Positions 24,485 through 33,622 of a stretch of DNA of 64,000 nucleotides are shown here, piece after piece. The notes under the pieces are model-generated. The model was not told where the DNA came from, searched no databases, and saw only the letters and a program-made list of their open reading frames with translations. The translations under genes and the position numbers were made by a program. The first letter of the stretch is position 1; the number at the start of each line of letters is the position of its first letter. Source of the DNA: an uncultured Thermotogaceae bacterium (GTDB taxonomy: Bacteria > Thermotogota > Thermotogae > Petrotogales > Kosmotogaceae); assembly GCA_964611155.1 (NCBI GenBank), contig CAZSXB010000004.1, positions 915 to 64,914 of the forward strand. Reading direction: 5' to 3'.

Positions 24485-25544
24485 ATGTGCATCTTATCAG
24501 GATACGAGAAGAGCACTAGAAAAGATCTTCTCTTTGCTGGATGTTCGTGGCCTCTTCAAGCGCGGAGATAGAGTTCTCCTAAAGCCAAACCTTCTTTCTG
24601 CAAGACCTCCCGAGGAAGCTGTTACTACCCACCCTGCGGTAGTTGATGCCGTTCTTTCGATTCTTCTTGATGCTGGCATCAAACCTGTCCTGGGAGACAG
24701 TCCCGCGAGCGGGAGAACTGTGAATGTAGCAAGAGTGGCTGGACTGGAGTCTGTCTGCAAGAAGTATGGAGTGAACACAGTCAGTTTCGACGAAGGTGTT
24801 CCGATCAAGACAGACAAGGGTATCTACAGAAGATTCGTTGTGGCTCGGGAGGTTCTGGAAACTGACTCAATCATAAATCTCCCGAAGCTGAAGACGCACT
24901 CACAAATGACCATGACTCTGGCGGTCAAAAACACTTTTGGGTGTATAGTGGGTTCTGCCAAGCAAAAATGGCATTTCAGGGCGAAAGACAGAAACGCATT
25001 TGCGGATATGCTGATAGATCTGCACAATATCGTCGCTCCTTCATTGAACATACTCGACGGAGTCGTGGGTATGGATGGTAATGGCCCGTCAAATGGCCGG
25101 ATCATTTCTCCCGGTCTTATTGCAGCTTCTACCAGTGGATTTGCACTTGATGATTATACTGTCCGGATTATGGGGGTAAACCCTCGTGTTGTCCCGACAG
25201 CTTTTCGGGCGATTCAACGGAACCTGATACCTCTTTATGAAGTTATGGGTGATTCATACGAATACAGGCGACGTTTCACTCTTCCGGCGACGGCGCCGCT
25301 GACATTCGTTCCTTTTGTAGGGTTTTTGAGAAGGTTTACTACCAGATTTCCGGCCATTTCTGGAAGTAGATGCACAAAATGCAGGACCTGTGAGAAGCAT
25401 TGTCCAGTGAACGCAATCTCAGTAGATAACGGGACGATAGACTACAGAAAGTGTATCACGTGTTATGTTTGTCAGGAAATATGTCCATATGACGCGATTG
25501 CTTTCAAGAGATCTATTTTCAGCAAGAGGGGGAAGATCAGGTGA
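24471..25544 (+). CDS. DUF362-domain protein with C-terminal 2x[4Fe-4S] ferredoxin motifs
   Basis: VAISECASYQD... aligns with the usual DUF362 N-terminus. CTKCRTCEKHCP and CITCYVCQEICP clusters are present. Alternative start is TTG 24417 (GGAGGAGG 9 nt upstream), which would overlap the small ORF by 68 nt. Confidence 0.8.
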   Translation: MAISECASYQDTRRALEKIFSLLDVRGLFKRGDRVLLKPNLLSARPPEEAVTTHPAVVDAVLSILLDAGIKPVLGDSPASGRTVNVARVAGLESVCKKYGVNTVSFDEGVPIKTDKGIYRRFVVAREVLETDSIINLPKLKTHSQMTMTLAVKNTFGCIVGSAKQKWHFRAKDRNAFADMLIDLHNIVAPSLNILDGVVGMDGNGPSNGRIISPGLIAASTSGFALDDYTVRIMGVNPRVVPTAFRAIQRNLIPLYEVMGDSYEYRRRFTLPATAPLTFVPFVGFLRRFTTRFPAISGSRCTKCRTCEKHCPVNAISVDNGTIDYRKCITCYVCQEICPYDAIAFKRSIFSKRGKIR

Positions 25545-27001
25545 GCTATATTCTTGCTCTGGATCAGGGAACCAGCAGCACAAAGGCAATAGTGTTCAAC
25601 GAAGATTTCTATGAAGTGGCTTCTGCGCAGGAAGACTTTCAGCAGATATACCCTAATGCAGGGTGGGTAGAACACAATCCGGATGATCTTGTCCATACAA
25701 CGATGAATGTAATCGAGCAAGCTGTCACAGAAGCTGGTTTGTTCTTCAAGGATATCAAGGCGATCGGTATTACGAATCAGCGTGAGACAGTTGTTGCATG
25801 GGATGCAAATACAGGGAAGCCATTACATAACGCAATAGTCTGGCAATGTCGAAGGACCTCGGAACGGTCAAAGATCTTGAGAAAGGAGCATCTCGATTTC
25901 ATACAATCCAGGACGGGGCTTATACCAGACCCTTATTTCTCTGCCACGAAGATGGAATGGCTCATTAAGAATGTCCCGGAAGTGGAAAGAGCGGCGAGGG
26001 AAAAGAGCCTTAGATTTGGAACGGTTGACAGCTGGCTAGCCTGGAACCTCTCTCGTCACAGAGAGTATGTCACTGACGTGAGCAATGCCTCCAGGACTAT
26101 GTTATACAACATAACCGATCATGATTGGGACAGGGATCTACTGGACTTCTTCGGTATCATGAGGGAGTCTCTTCCTGATGTGGTACATTCGTCAGAAGTG
26201 ATTGGGGAGTCCGTCTTCGGCCCACCGATAGCGGGAGTGGCAGGAGATCAGCAGTCCTCTCTTTTTGGGCAGACCGCTTTTGAACCAGGAGAGACGAAAT
26301 GCACGTATGGCACGGGATCGTTCATATTGATGAATACGGGTGACAAACCCTGCTTCAGTCATAACGGCCTGCTTACAACTGTAGCGTGGGGGTTGGATGG
26401 AAAGACCTGTTATGCAGTTGAAGGCTCTATCTTCGCTACAGGAGCTCTGATCAGCTGGTTGAAGAATGAAATAGGCCTGATATCGTCTGCAGAAGAGACT
26501 GAGAGTCTTGCCAGAAGTGTAGAAAACAGTAACGATGTCTATTTCGCAGGAGCGCTTACGGGACTTGGAGCGCCCTATTGGGACCCATCCGCAAGGGGTC
26601 TTCTAATAGGCCTTACAAGAGGAACAACGAAGGCGCATGTTGTCAGGGCGGTTCTTGACTATATAGCATTCAGAACGCGGGAGCTTGTCGAACTGATGAT
26701 AGAAGATACCGGTATAGGAATAAAGAAGCTACTTGTGGACGGAGGAGTGACAAGAAACAACTTCCTTATGCAACTGCAGTCAGACGTATTGGGTGCCGAA
26801 GTGGACAGGTCTGCAATAAGGGAAACCACGGCTCTTGGTGCGGCAATGCTTGCAGGACTTGGCCTCGGACTCTGGAGTATGGATGAGCTCAAGGGAAAGA
26901 GAAGAAGTCAGAAGAGGTTTTCACCAGGCCCCAAACGCCGGGACTCGGAGTATTATAGATGGAAAGAAGCCCTCAAGAGGTCTATGAACTGGGTACAGTA
27001 G
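25541..27001 (+). CDS. glpK: glycerol kinase
   Basis: FGGY-kinase N-terminus ILALDQGTSSTKAIVF, GITNQRETVVAWD, and glycerol-kinase-type blocks throughout. Confidence 0.95.
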   Translation: MSYILALDQGTSSTKAIVFNEDFYEVASAQEDFQQIYPNAGWVEHNPDDLVHTTMNVIEQAVTEAGLFFKDIKAIGITNQRETVVAWDANTGKPLHNAIVWQCRRTSERSKILRKEHLDFIQSRTGLIPDPYFSATKMEWLIKNVPEVERAAREKSLRFGTVDSWLAWNLSRHREYVTDVSNASRTMLYNITDHDWDRDLLDFFGIMRESLPDVVHSSEVIGESVFGPPIAGVAGDQQSSLFGQTAFEPGETKCTYGTGSFILMNTGDKPCFSHNGLLTTVAWGLDGKTCYAVEGSIFATGALISWLKNEIGLISSAEETESLARSVENSNDVYFAGALTGLGAPYWDPSARGLLIGLTRGTTKAHVVRAVLDYIAFRTRELVELMIEDTGIGIKKLLVDGGVTRNNFLMQLQSDVLGAEVDRSAIRETTALGAAMLAGLGLGLWSMDELKGKRRSQKRFSPGPKRRDSEYYRWKEALKRSMNWVQ

Positions 27002-27465
27002 ATGAAAACAAGCTCTGCGAAGTGGCGAGATTGGTTGGCAGAATGCTTCGTGGAGGAGAAATGATTTTCCTTGCTGGTGATCTCGGAAGCGGAAAGACTC
27101 GCTTTGTGAAGTGTATGGCTGGTGCCATGGGAATCGAAGAGACTCTGGTGCGGAGTCCATCATTCACCATAATAAATGTATATCCGGCTCAACGTCTCAC
27201 TCTTTTTCATGCAGATCTATTCAGGCTTGACAGCAAGGAAGAAGCCTGGGATACGGGGATCATGGAACTGCTGGATGAGAGAAGCGTTCTGGCAATAGAA
27301 TGGCCTGAACTCGTTGTGAATGAATTGAGAGAAAGGGTCACAATAACCGTGGAACTCGGTTTTGTGTCTCTCAGTCATAGATCCATGAAGATCACTATTA
27401 GTGGTGAGCTCTCCGATATGAGAAAATCACTTTACAGGTATTTAGAACGTTTTTCGGGAGGATAA
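26959..27465 (+). CDS. tsaE: tRNA t6A37 biosynthesis ATPase TsaE
   Basis: GDLGSGKT P-loop, SPSFTIINVY, HADLFRL and IEWPE blocks. Overlaps the glpK 3' end by 43 nt. Confidence 0.85.
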   Translation: MERSPQEVYELGTVDENKLCEVARLVGRMLRGGEMIFLAGDLGSGKTRFVKCMAGAMGIEETLVRSPSFTIINVYPAQRLTLFHADLFRLDSKEEAWDTGIMELLDERSVLAIEWPELVVNELRERVTITVELGFVSLSHRSMKITISGELSDMRKSLYRYLERFSGG

Positions 27466-27467
27466 TA

Positions 27468-29843
27468 ATGGCACAGAAGTTTCAACTACTTGAAGAAGCT
27501 GCAGCCAGTTCTGACAAGAAAACGCGAATCCCTGAAATGCTGCCAGCTATACCAACAAGAACGAACATGATAGTGTACCCCTCTTCCGTGATGCCAATGT
27601 ACGTGGGACGAGACAAGTCTCTCGGCGCACTGGAAGAGTCTCTTGCCAAGTACAATCAACTGATATTCCTTGTTTCCCAAAAGGAGATCACCAATGACGA
27701 TCCGTCGATTGAAGATCTTTATGCAGTGGGAACAGTATCTCGCATTGTCCAGTTAATGAAGATGCCTGACGGGAACTACAAGATCCTTGTTGAAGGTCTC
27801 GCAAGAGCGAAGATAACCTCAGTTGAAGAAGACGAGCGAATCCTTCTTCTTAAACTTGAAGTAATCAGACCAAAATACCGAAAGAGCAAGATGCTTGAAG
27901 CGCTTGTGAGAAAGGTGAAAGAGCTCGCGTACAGGTATGTGACAATGAGCAGAAGGTTTCCTGACGAAGCACTCGTTGCTCTGGAAGACACGAGGAACCC
28001 GGAGAAATTCGCGGATTTTGTTTCTTCCCTTATGCCGTTCCCTCTTGATCAGAAGCAGCGTCTTCTGGAGCTATTGTCTCCAAAGGATAGGCTGGAGTTT
28101 CTGCTGGAGCTGCTTACGAAGGAGGTACAGATTCTTTCTCTGGAAGAAGAACTCGACAAGAGGGTTAAAGACAAGATCGAGCAGGGGCAGAAAGAATACT
28201 ACCTGAGAGAGAAGATGCGCGCAATCCAGGAAGAACTCGAGGGAGAAGAGGATGTTGAGATAAAAGAACTGAAGCAGGCCGTCCAAGACGGGGATCTTCC
28301 AGCAGAAGTTGCTGAAAAGGCCAGACAGGAAATACTAAGGTTGGAGAAGATGTCGACTTACTCTCCTGAAGCTACTGTGGTCAGAACATACCTGGACTGG
28401 CTGTTGCACATGCCCTGGAAGAAATCCACCGAAGACGGTCTTGATCTCAAACACGTGAGAGAGTGCCTTGATAGGAATCACTATGGACTCACTGACGTAA
28501 AAGAGAGGGTCCTGGAGTTCCTGGCTGCCAGGCAGTTCTCAAAGAATCTGCGTGCACCGATTCTGTGTCTTGTGGGGCCTCCTGGTGTTGGGAAGACTTC
28601 TTTAGGAAGGTCAATAGCTGATTCCATGGGCAGGAAGTTCGGAAGGATTTCTCTGGGTGGAATGAGAGATGAAGCCGAGATAAGAGGTCACAGAAGGACA
28701 TATATCGGTGCACTGCCTGGAAGGATCGTGCAACTCATACGAAAGCTCGGAACAAACAACCCTGTGATTGTTCTTGATGAAGTCGAGAAGATGGGCGTTA
28801 GTTTCCAGGGAGATCCCGCCTCCGCTCTTCTGGAGGTCCTTGATCCAGAGCAAAACGATAGTTTCACCGATCATTTTCTGGAAGTTCCCTTTGACCTTTC
28901 CAGGGTGATCTTCATAACGACTGCGAACGTACTTCATACTGTGGCTCCTGCTCTTCAGGATAGGATGGAGGTTATTCATATCCCGGGTTACACGGATTCC
29001 GAGAAACTGCATATAGCCTCGGATCACATAATTCCAAAGCTTTACACAGAGTACAATATCGCGAGGTCCAGACTGAACATTTCAGAAGGCGCTGTTAAGA
29101 GGATTATCAGGGAGTATACGAGAGAGGCAGGAGTAAGAAATCTTGACAAGAATCTGTCGAAATCTATAAGAAAGGCTCTTGTCAGGTTGTCAGAAGGGGA
29201 GAAACGGGTAAGAATCACTATCTACAATCTTGAGGAGTACCTGGGAGCTGCTACTTTCAAAGACAGTGACTTCAGGAAGAAGCCGGAAGTCGGAGTTGCC
29301 ACCGGGCTTGCCTGGACTGCCTATGGTGGAGAAATAATGTACGTGGAAGTGCTTCCTGTTCCCGGGAAAGGTAAGCTCTTCACGACCGGACAGCTTGGAG
29401 AAGTGATGAAAGAATCGGCGCAGATCGCAATAAGTCTGGCACGCAAACTATGCCACGAGGCGGATCATGCCGCCACCTTTGAAAAGATGGATTTCCACAT
29501 TCACGTTCCCGAAGGAGCGGTTTCCAAGGATGGACCTTCAGCAGGAGTTGCCTTGTCGACAGCCATAGTATCAGCTGTCACTGGCATACCTGTCAGGCAT
29601 GATATCGGGATGACCGGTGAAATCACGCTTAGAGGAAAGGTTCTCCCTATAGGTGGTCTAAAGGAAAAACTCATGGCTGCTTATCGAGCGGGATTGAATG
29701 CCGTTATTATCCCGTCAGCAAACAAGAAAGATCTTGACAAGATCTCCGATGAGATCAAGTCAAGACTTCAGTTTGTTTTCGTTGAGGATGTCAGGCAGGT
29801 TCTGGAAGAATGCCTGGAGAAAGAGAGTGTTCAGAAGAGCTGA
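27468..29843 (+). CDS. lon: ATP-dependent protease Lon (LonA)
   Basis: Lon N-domain, Walker A GPPGVGKTS, Walker B VIVLDEVEK, catalytic Ser in KDGPSAGVA and Lys in GGLKEKLMAA. Confidence 0.95.
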   Translation: MAQKFQLLEEAAASSDKKTRIPEMLPAIPTRTNMIVYPSSVMPMYVGRDKSLGALEESLAKYNQLIFLVSQKEITNDDPSIEDLYAVGTVSRIVQLMKMPDGNYKILVEGLARAKITSVEEDERILLLKLEVIRPKYRKSKMLEALVRKVKELAYRYVTMSRRFPDEALVALEDTRNPEKFADFVSSLMPFPLDQKQRLLELLSPKDRLEFLLELLTKEVQILSLEEELDKRVKDKIEQGQKEYYLREKMRAIQEELEGEEDVEIKELKQAVQDGDLPAEVAEKARQEILRLEKMSTYSPEATVVRTYLDWLLHMPWKKSTEDGLDLKHVRECLDRNHYGLTDVKERVLEFLAARQFSKNLRAPILCLVGPPGVGKTSLGRSIADSMGRKFGRISLGGMRDEAEIRGHRRTYIGALPGRIVQLIRKLGTNNPVIVLDEVEKMGVSFQGDPASALLEVLDPEQNDSFTDHFLEVPFDLSRVIFITTANVLHTVAPALQDRMEVIHIPGYTDSEKLHIASDHIIPKLYTEYNIARSRLNISEGAVKRIIREYTREAGVRNLDKNLSKSIRKALVRLSEGEKRVRITIYNLEEYLGAATFKDSDFRKKPEVGVATGLAWTAYGGEIMYVEVLPVPGKGKLFTTGQLGEVMKESAQIAISLARKLCHEADHAATFEKMDFHIHVPEGAVSKDGPSAGVALSTAIVSAVTGIPVRHDIGMTGEITLRGKVLPIGGLKEKLMAAYRAGLNAVIIPSANKKDLDKISDEIKSRLQFVFVEDVRQVLEECLEKESVQKS

Positions 29844-30426
29844 GCTTGTAAAGACTATCTTCTCACCCGGCGATTATCCACCACCGATGACCGCGGAGTT
29901 TGCATTCGCCGGGCGATCCAATGTCGGGAAATCTACTCTTCTCAATGCACTTCTCGGAGTGAAGCTTGCACATGTTAGTGGGACCCCGGGCAAGACAGCG
30001 TCGATAAACTTCTATAGGGTTGATAATCGGTTTTTCTTTGTTGATTTGCCTGGTTACGGTTTTGCCAGGCGTTCCAGGACAGAACTGGAAAGGTGGCGTC
30101 AACTTGTTGAGGACTACTTTGCCCGTCGCGCAGGCATTGCAACGCCTGTAGTTCTGATCGATATCAGGCACTCTCTGCAGAAAGCAGATATGATGATGCT
30201 CGATTATCTCAAGGCAAGACAACTCGCGTTCATAACAGTGCTCACAAAGAGGGACAAATTATCCGGAAATCAGTTCAGTATGATGCTTTCTTATCATGAG
30301 AAACAAGCTCGTTCTCTTGGTGCTCTTGAGGTCTTCCCTGTTTCAGCCGTGTCAGGGAGAGGGATACAGGAGCTGAGAAAAGGGCTGGAAGTGATTGCCA
30401 GGAACTACTCTGCCGATAAGAGATAA
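29827..30426 (+). CDS. engB: ribosome-biogenesis GTPase EngB/YsxC
   Basis: G1 GRSNVGKS, G3 DLPGYG and G4 TKRDK. GTG 29827 lies 7 nt after GGAG. The longest ORF from 29698 would overlap lon by 146 nt. Confidence 0.9.
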   Translation: MFRRAELVKTIFSPGDYPPPMTAEFAFAGRSNVGKSTLLNALLGVKLAHVSGTPGKTASINFYRVDNRFFFVDLPGYGFARRSRTELERWRQLVEDYFARRAGIATPVVLIDIRHSLQKADMMMLDYLKARQLAFITVLTKRDKLSGNQFSMMLSYHEKQARSLGALEVFPVSAVSGRGIQELRKGLEVIARNYSADKR

Positions 30427-31658
30427 CGCCTGTTGTGATTCTTGATTATTTCTCCCAGCTTTCTGGCGCTGCCTCTCGGTTTAAGCTCAAGCGTCTTAAA
30501 ATCAGTCTCAAAAAGCCCGCTTTGCGTGGAGTAACCAAGATTCCACTCGAAGCAATCCATGAGAGGATGGTACATAAACGAAGCTAGCTCTATTCCGTTC
30601 CTGGCAGCCTGGTTCATAACACGTACGGTAGCTTCTATGCAGTTGATTCTCCCCTCATCGTTGAGAATTCCGGTACCTTCTACGGTAAGAAACAATGGCA
30701 TTTGAAAACGTCTGGCTGCTTTCTGAATGGTTTTCTCCAGCGTTTTTGAATACTGAACATCCTGGCTACTATGCCGTGAAAGAACTGATCCGGGAGCCTC
30801 CAGAGTCGCCTCTTTCCCAGGCATCACTTGTGCGTCGTTATGATCGAGTCCTACAAAATCTGCAGTGCCCTTGATTTCAGGCAGAACTACCTTACTCTGC
30901 GTCAAGTTGAGTTCTCCGAACGACAACGCATCAAATACACAGAACTCCTTTGAGGAAAGCGCATGGGATGAGAAATTGCCGCGCAATCTATCCCTTAATG
31001 CAAGCCTGCAACCGGGAGTTTCTTGTGTGAGACTTACGATTGCTTTCGGGAAGAGGGATTTGATTGTTCTGTACGCTTGAGAATGTGCTACCAGGAGATT
31101 CCTGAGGGTTCTGCAAGCACGAGCATTATCCTGCACGTTAGGAGGCCAGGTCCCCAGCAAGTATGACTTTCTTGCGTAAGTGTCAGGCTTGTTTATTGTT
31201 ATCCAGATCTTCACAAGGTCTCCAAGCTCATCCGTGACAGTCTCAACATATCTTCTGAAGTAACCTAAGTTGTCTTCTCTCTCCCATCCACCAAGATCAG
31301 TGAACCATCTCGGGTTAACAAAGCTGTGCAGTGTGACTACAGGAATTATCCCTTCCTGAACAAACCTTTTGACAAGAGTACGGTAGTTCTTGAGTGCCTC
31401 TCTCTCGAATCTATGTTGCCTTGGTTCGATTCTTGCCCATTCTACTGAGAACCTGTAGCAATTTGCGTTAACTTCAATAAGCGCCGCAAGATCACGTTCA
31501 AGATGATTCAGGCTGTCACATGCCTTTCCTGAGACGTCCCCGTTTACAACACTACCGGATTGCTCCCAATCGTACCAGTCAGAGAAGACGTTATCACCTT
31601 CGATTTGATGACCGGAAGAAGAAACACCCCACAAGAAGCTTCTGCCAAGTTCACTCAT
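30405..31658 (-). CDS. GH1-family glycosidase homologue with non-canonical acid/base position
   Basis: FLWGVSSSGHQIEG, RFSVEWARIEP, nucleophile-region FLTVEGTG and DCFEW blocks. The NEP motif reads INKP. ATG 31658 lies 6 nt after AGGTGA. Confidence 0.8.
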   Translation of the reverse strand: MSELGRSFLWGVSSSGHQIEGDNVFSDWYDWEQSGSVVNGDVSGKACDSLNHLERDLAALIEVNANCYRFSVEWARIEPRQHRFEREALKNYRTLVKRFVQEGIIPVVTLHSFVNPRWFTDLGGWEREDNLGYFRRYVETVTDELGDLVKIWITINKPDTYARKSYLLGTWPPNVQDNARACRTLRNLLVAHSQAYRTIKSLFPKAIVSLTQETPGCRLALRDRLRGNFSSHALSSKEFCVFDALSFGELNLTQSKVVLPEIKGTADFVGLDHNDAQVMPGKEATLEAPGSVLSRHSSQDVQYSKTLEKTIQKAARRFQMPLFLTVEGTGILNDEGRINCIEATVRVMNQAARNGIELASFMYHPLMDCFEWNLGYSTQSGLFETDFKTLELKPRGSARKLGEIIKNHNRRYLLSAE

Positions 31659-31764
31659 ATAGATCACCTGTATATATTGTACCACCCTGGCTCAAAACAA
31701 ATAAGTTAGCCACTGTGTCATACACTTTGTACAGATTAAGAGAGTATTCAAAGGGGAATGAACC

Positions 31765-33600
31765 ATGAAGCATCGTGCTGGTATTCTCATAAGTGCAGTA
31801 GTGATCTTAAGTGTTGCATTACAAGCAGGTTTTTCCGGGCAGATTCGTCTTGCAGGGACTATTGGGCCTGCTCCTGCAACCCTTCTTTACGACGGACAGT
31901 CTAATCTTCTTCTCGTGGGGGGGTGGGATGGTACCCTCAGGTGTCTTGATCCTTCCTCTCTTTTGGAAAAAGAAGCTCACCTCTTCTCAGATTCCCCCAT
32001 CATTGCACTTGTGTCTTCTTCCGACTATCAGAGGGCCTTTGTTGTTACTGAAGACGGAATCATTGGAACCTTCAGATCAGACCAAAACCAGAAGATCGAG
32101 TTTTTCTATGATGCTGGTAACAGTACTGGAACCGCAGTTCTTCATGAGCAGAAGATGATCCTGCTACTTGGCAACAATGAAGGTGAGGTTCTCTGCCTGG
32201 ATGCACATTCGGCAGAACTCCTCTGGACAAGAGTGATTCATGATAGGGGGATTCATTCCCTGCAGATCTGTGAAAGAACCAGCACTGGTTATTCCATATC
32301 ATATGACGGTACTTTGTCTTCTTGGCGTTTGGAGGACGGCTCGATTGTGTGGAAACGAACTATTGGAGCTGCAAAACCAGGCATGATAATACTTCCCGAA
32401 CGAGAAATCCTGTGTCATGCAGGTGAAGGGAGACAGTTTTTCTTCCTGAGCATGTTAACAGGAGAAGTTCAGGAAGTAGTTTCTGTACAACATGAGGTTG
32501 CAGTGATGAGATATGTGGATGACAAAGGACTGCTGGTTCTGGGGCTTGAAAATGGCTTCATTGAGTTCTGGAACGTTGAACCTGTAGAAATGCTCACCTT
32601 CTTCAAAGCTCATGAGGAGAAACTGGTTGCACTTGATATTTCTCCAGACGGAGCATGCTTGTTTTCTGCTTCATACGATAACTCCATCAGCTCCTGGGAT
32701 GTCATATCAACGGATTTTCGTGCAACAAACGAAGGACATCGCTGGCATATCTCTGCTGTTGATTACAATAGAGAACTGGAACTACTTGTTACGGGTTCAT
32801 TTGATAACACGGCGCGAATATGGGATCTGAAGAAGAAACAGTGCATCGGCGTTTTCGAGCATGCAGGTTGGGCGGTTACAGCGCTTGCAGCAAACACCTC
32901 TGGTTCAAAGATTTTCACCGGTGACACAAGCGGGCTGATCAAGATCTGGAGCACTCTAGGAGGTTTTGAGATCACTGAATTTAAGGGTCATACTGACAGA
33001 GTGCAGGCGTTGTGCCTTGACAAGGCTGAGAAGACACTGTTCTCCTCGTCCCGGGATGGAACTGTCCGGGCCTGGAGTCTATCTGAAGGAGGAGAAGTTA
33101 AGATCCTTAATCGCGATTCAACCGCCGTAAACGCACTCGTGCTTTCTCCGGATGGAGACTTGCTGGTGGGAGGCAACTCACGAGGAGAAGTAATAACCTG
33201 GAATCTCTTGGATATGTCTATCGAAGCAGTTATTGCCAGGAAAGGGACTCGAGTCCATTCATTAGCACTGAACAGCACCGGAGATGTTCTTGCCATTGGT
33301 TACTCAGACGGAGCGATTACCCTGGTCAGTTTGACAGAGATGCTTGTCAAACATGATATCAAGGCTCATGAAAGCTGGGTAAGCAGCCTCCTTTTCTGCT
33401 GTGATGATGAGTTGATTGTCACGGGTTCTCAAGACGGCACCATAAAAGTCTGGCAGACTGGAAGTGAAATCAGTCTTTTGTCTACTGTAAAAGGCCACCC
33501 AGGAGGGGTGAGAGCGCTTGCTTACATCCCGGAATATAGCGCTGTTGTCAGTGGGGGAGGCTGGCTTGACAGCACGATAAAGATCTGGAACATCGAGTAG
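31765..33600 (+). CDS. secreted beta-propeller protein (PQQ/BamB-like N-half, WD40 repeats in C-half)
   Basis: Signal peptide present. There are 8 C-terminal WD-like repeat ends: SISSWD, ARIWD, IKIWS, VRAWS, VITWN, ITLVS, IKVWQ, IKIWN. Confidence 0.8.
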   Translation: MKHRAGILISAVVILSVALQAGFSGQIRLAGTIGPAPATLLYDGQSNLLLVGGWDGTLRCLDPSSLLEKEAHLFSDSPIIALVSSSDYQRAFVVTEDGIIGTFRSDQNQKIEFFYDAGNSTGTAVLHEQKMILLLGNNEGEVLCLDAHSAELLWTRVIHDRGIHSLQICERTSTGYSISYDGTLSSWRLEDGSIVWKRTIGAAKPGMIILPEREILCHAGEGRQFFFLSMLTGEVQEVVSVQHEVAVMRYVDDKGLLVLGLENGFIEFWNVEPVEMLTFFKAHEEKLVALDISPDGACLFSASYDNSISSWDVISTDFRATNEGHRWHISAVDYNRELELLVTGSFDNTARIWDLKKKQCIGVFEHAGWAVTALAANTSGSKIFTGDTSGLIKIWSTLGGFEITEFKGHTDRVQALCLDKAEKTLFSSSRDGTVRAWSLSEGGEVKILNRDSTAVNALVLSPDGDLLVGGNSRGEVITWNLLDMSIEAVIARKGTRVHSLALNSTGDVLAIGYSDGAITLVSLTEMLVKHDIKAHESWVSSLLFCCDDELIVTGSQDGTIKVWQTGSEISLLSTVKGHPGGVRALAYIPEYSAVVSGGGWLDSTIKIWNIE

Positions 33601-33622
33601 CTTCAATGCAGAATAACTCTGA

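Noticed and set aside
24154-24516. 120-aa minus-strand ORF across the M20 / DUF362 intergenic region
   Set aside because: It has Ser/Leu-rich antisense-type composition, no SD, and overlaps better-supported plus-strand frames.
29698-29826. N-terminal extensions of longest ORFs. Examples: engB from 29698, rluB from 57868, ECF-S from 15174, nrdD to 22390, galK to 63177, acyP to 11226, rubrerythrin to 40781.
   Set aside because: The extensions overlap upstream genes or terminators and lack family-conserved sequence. Good SD-preceded starts exist downstream.
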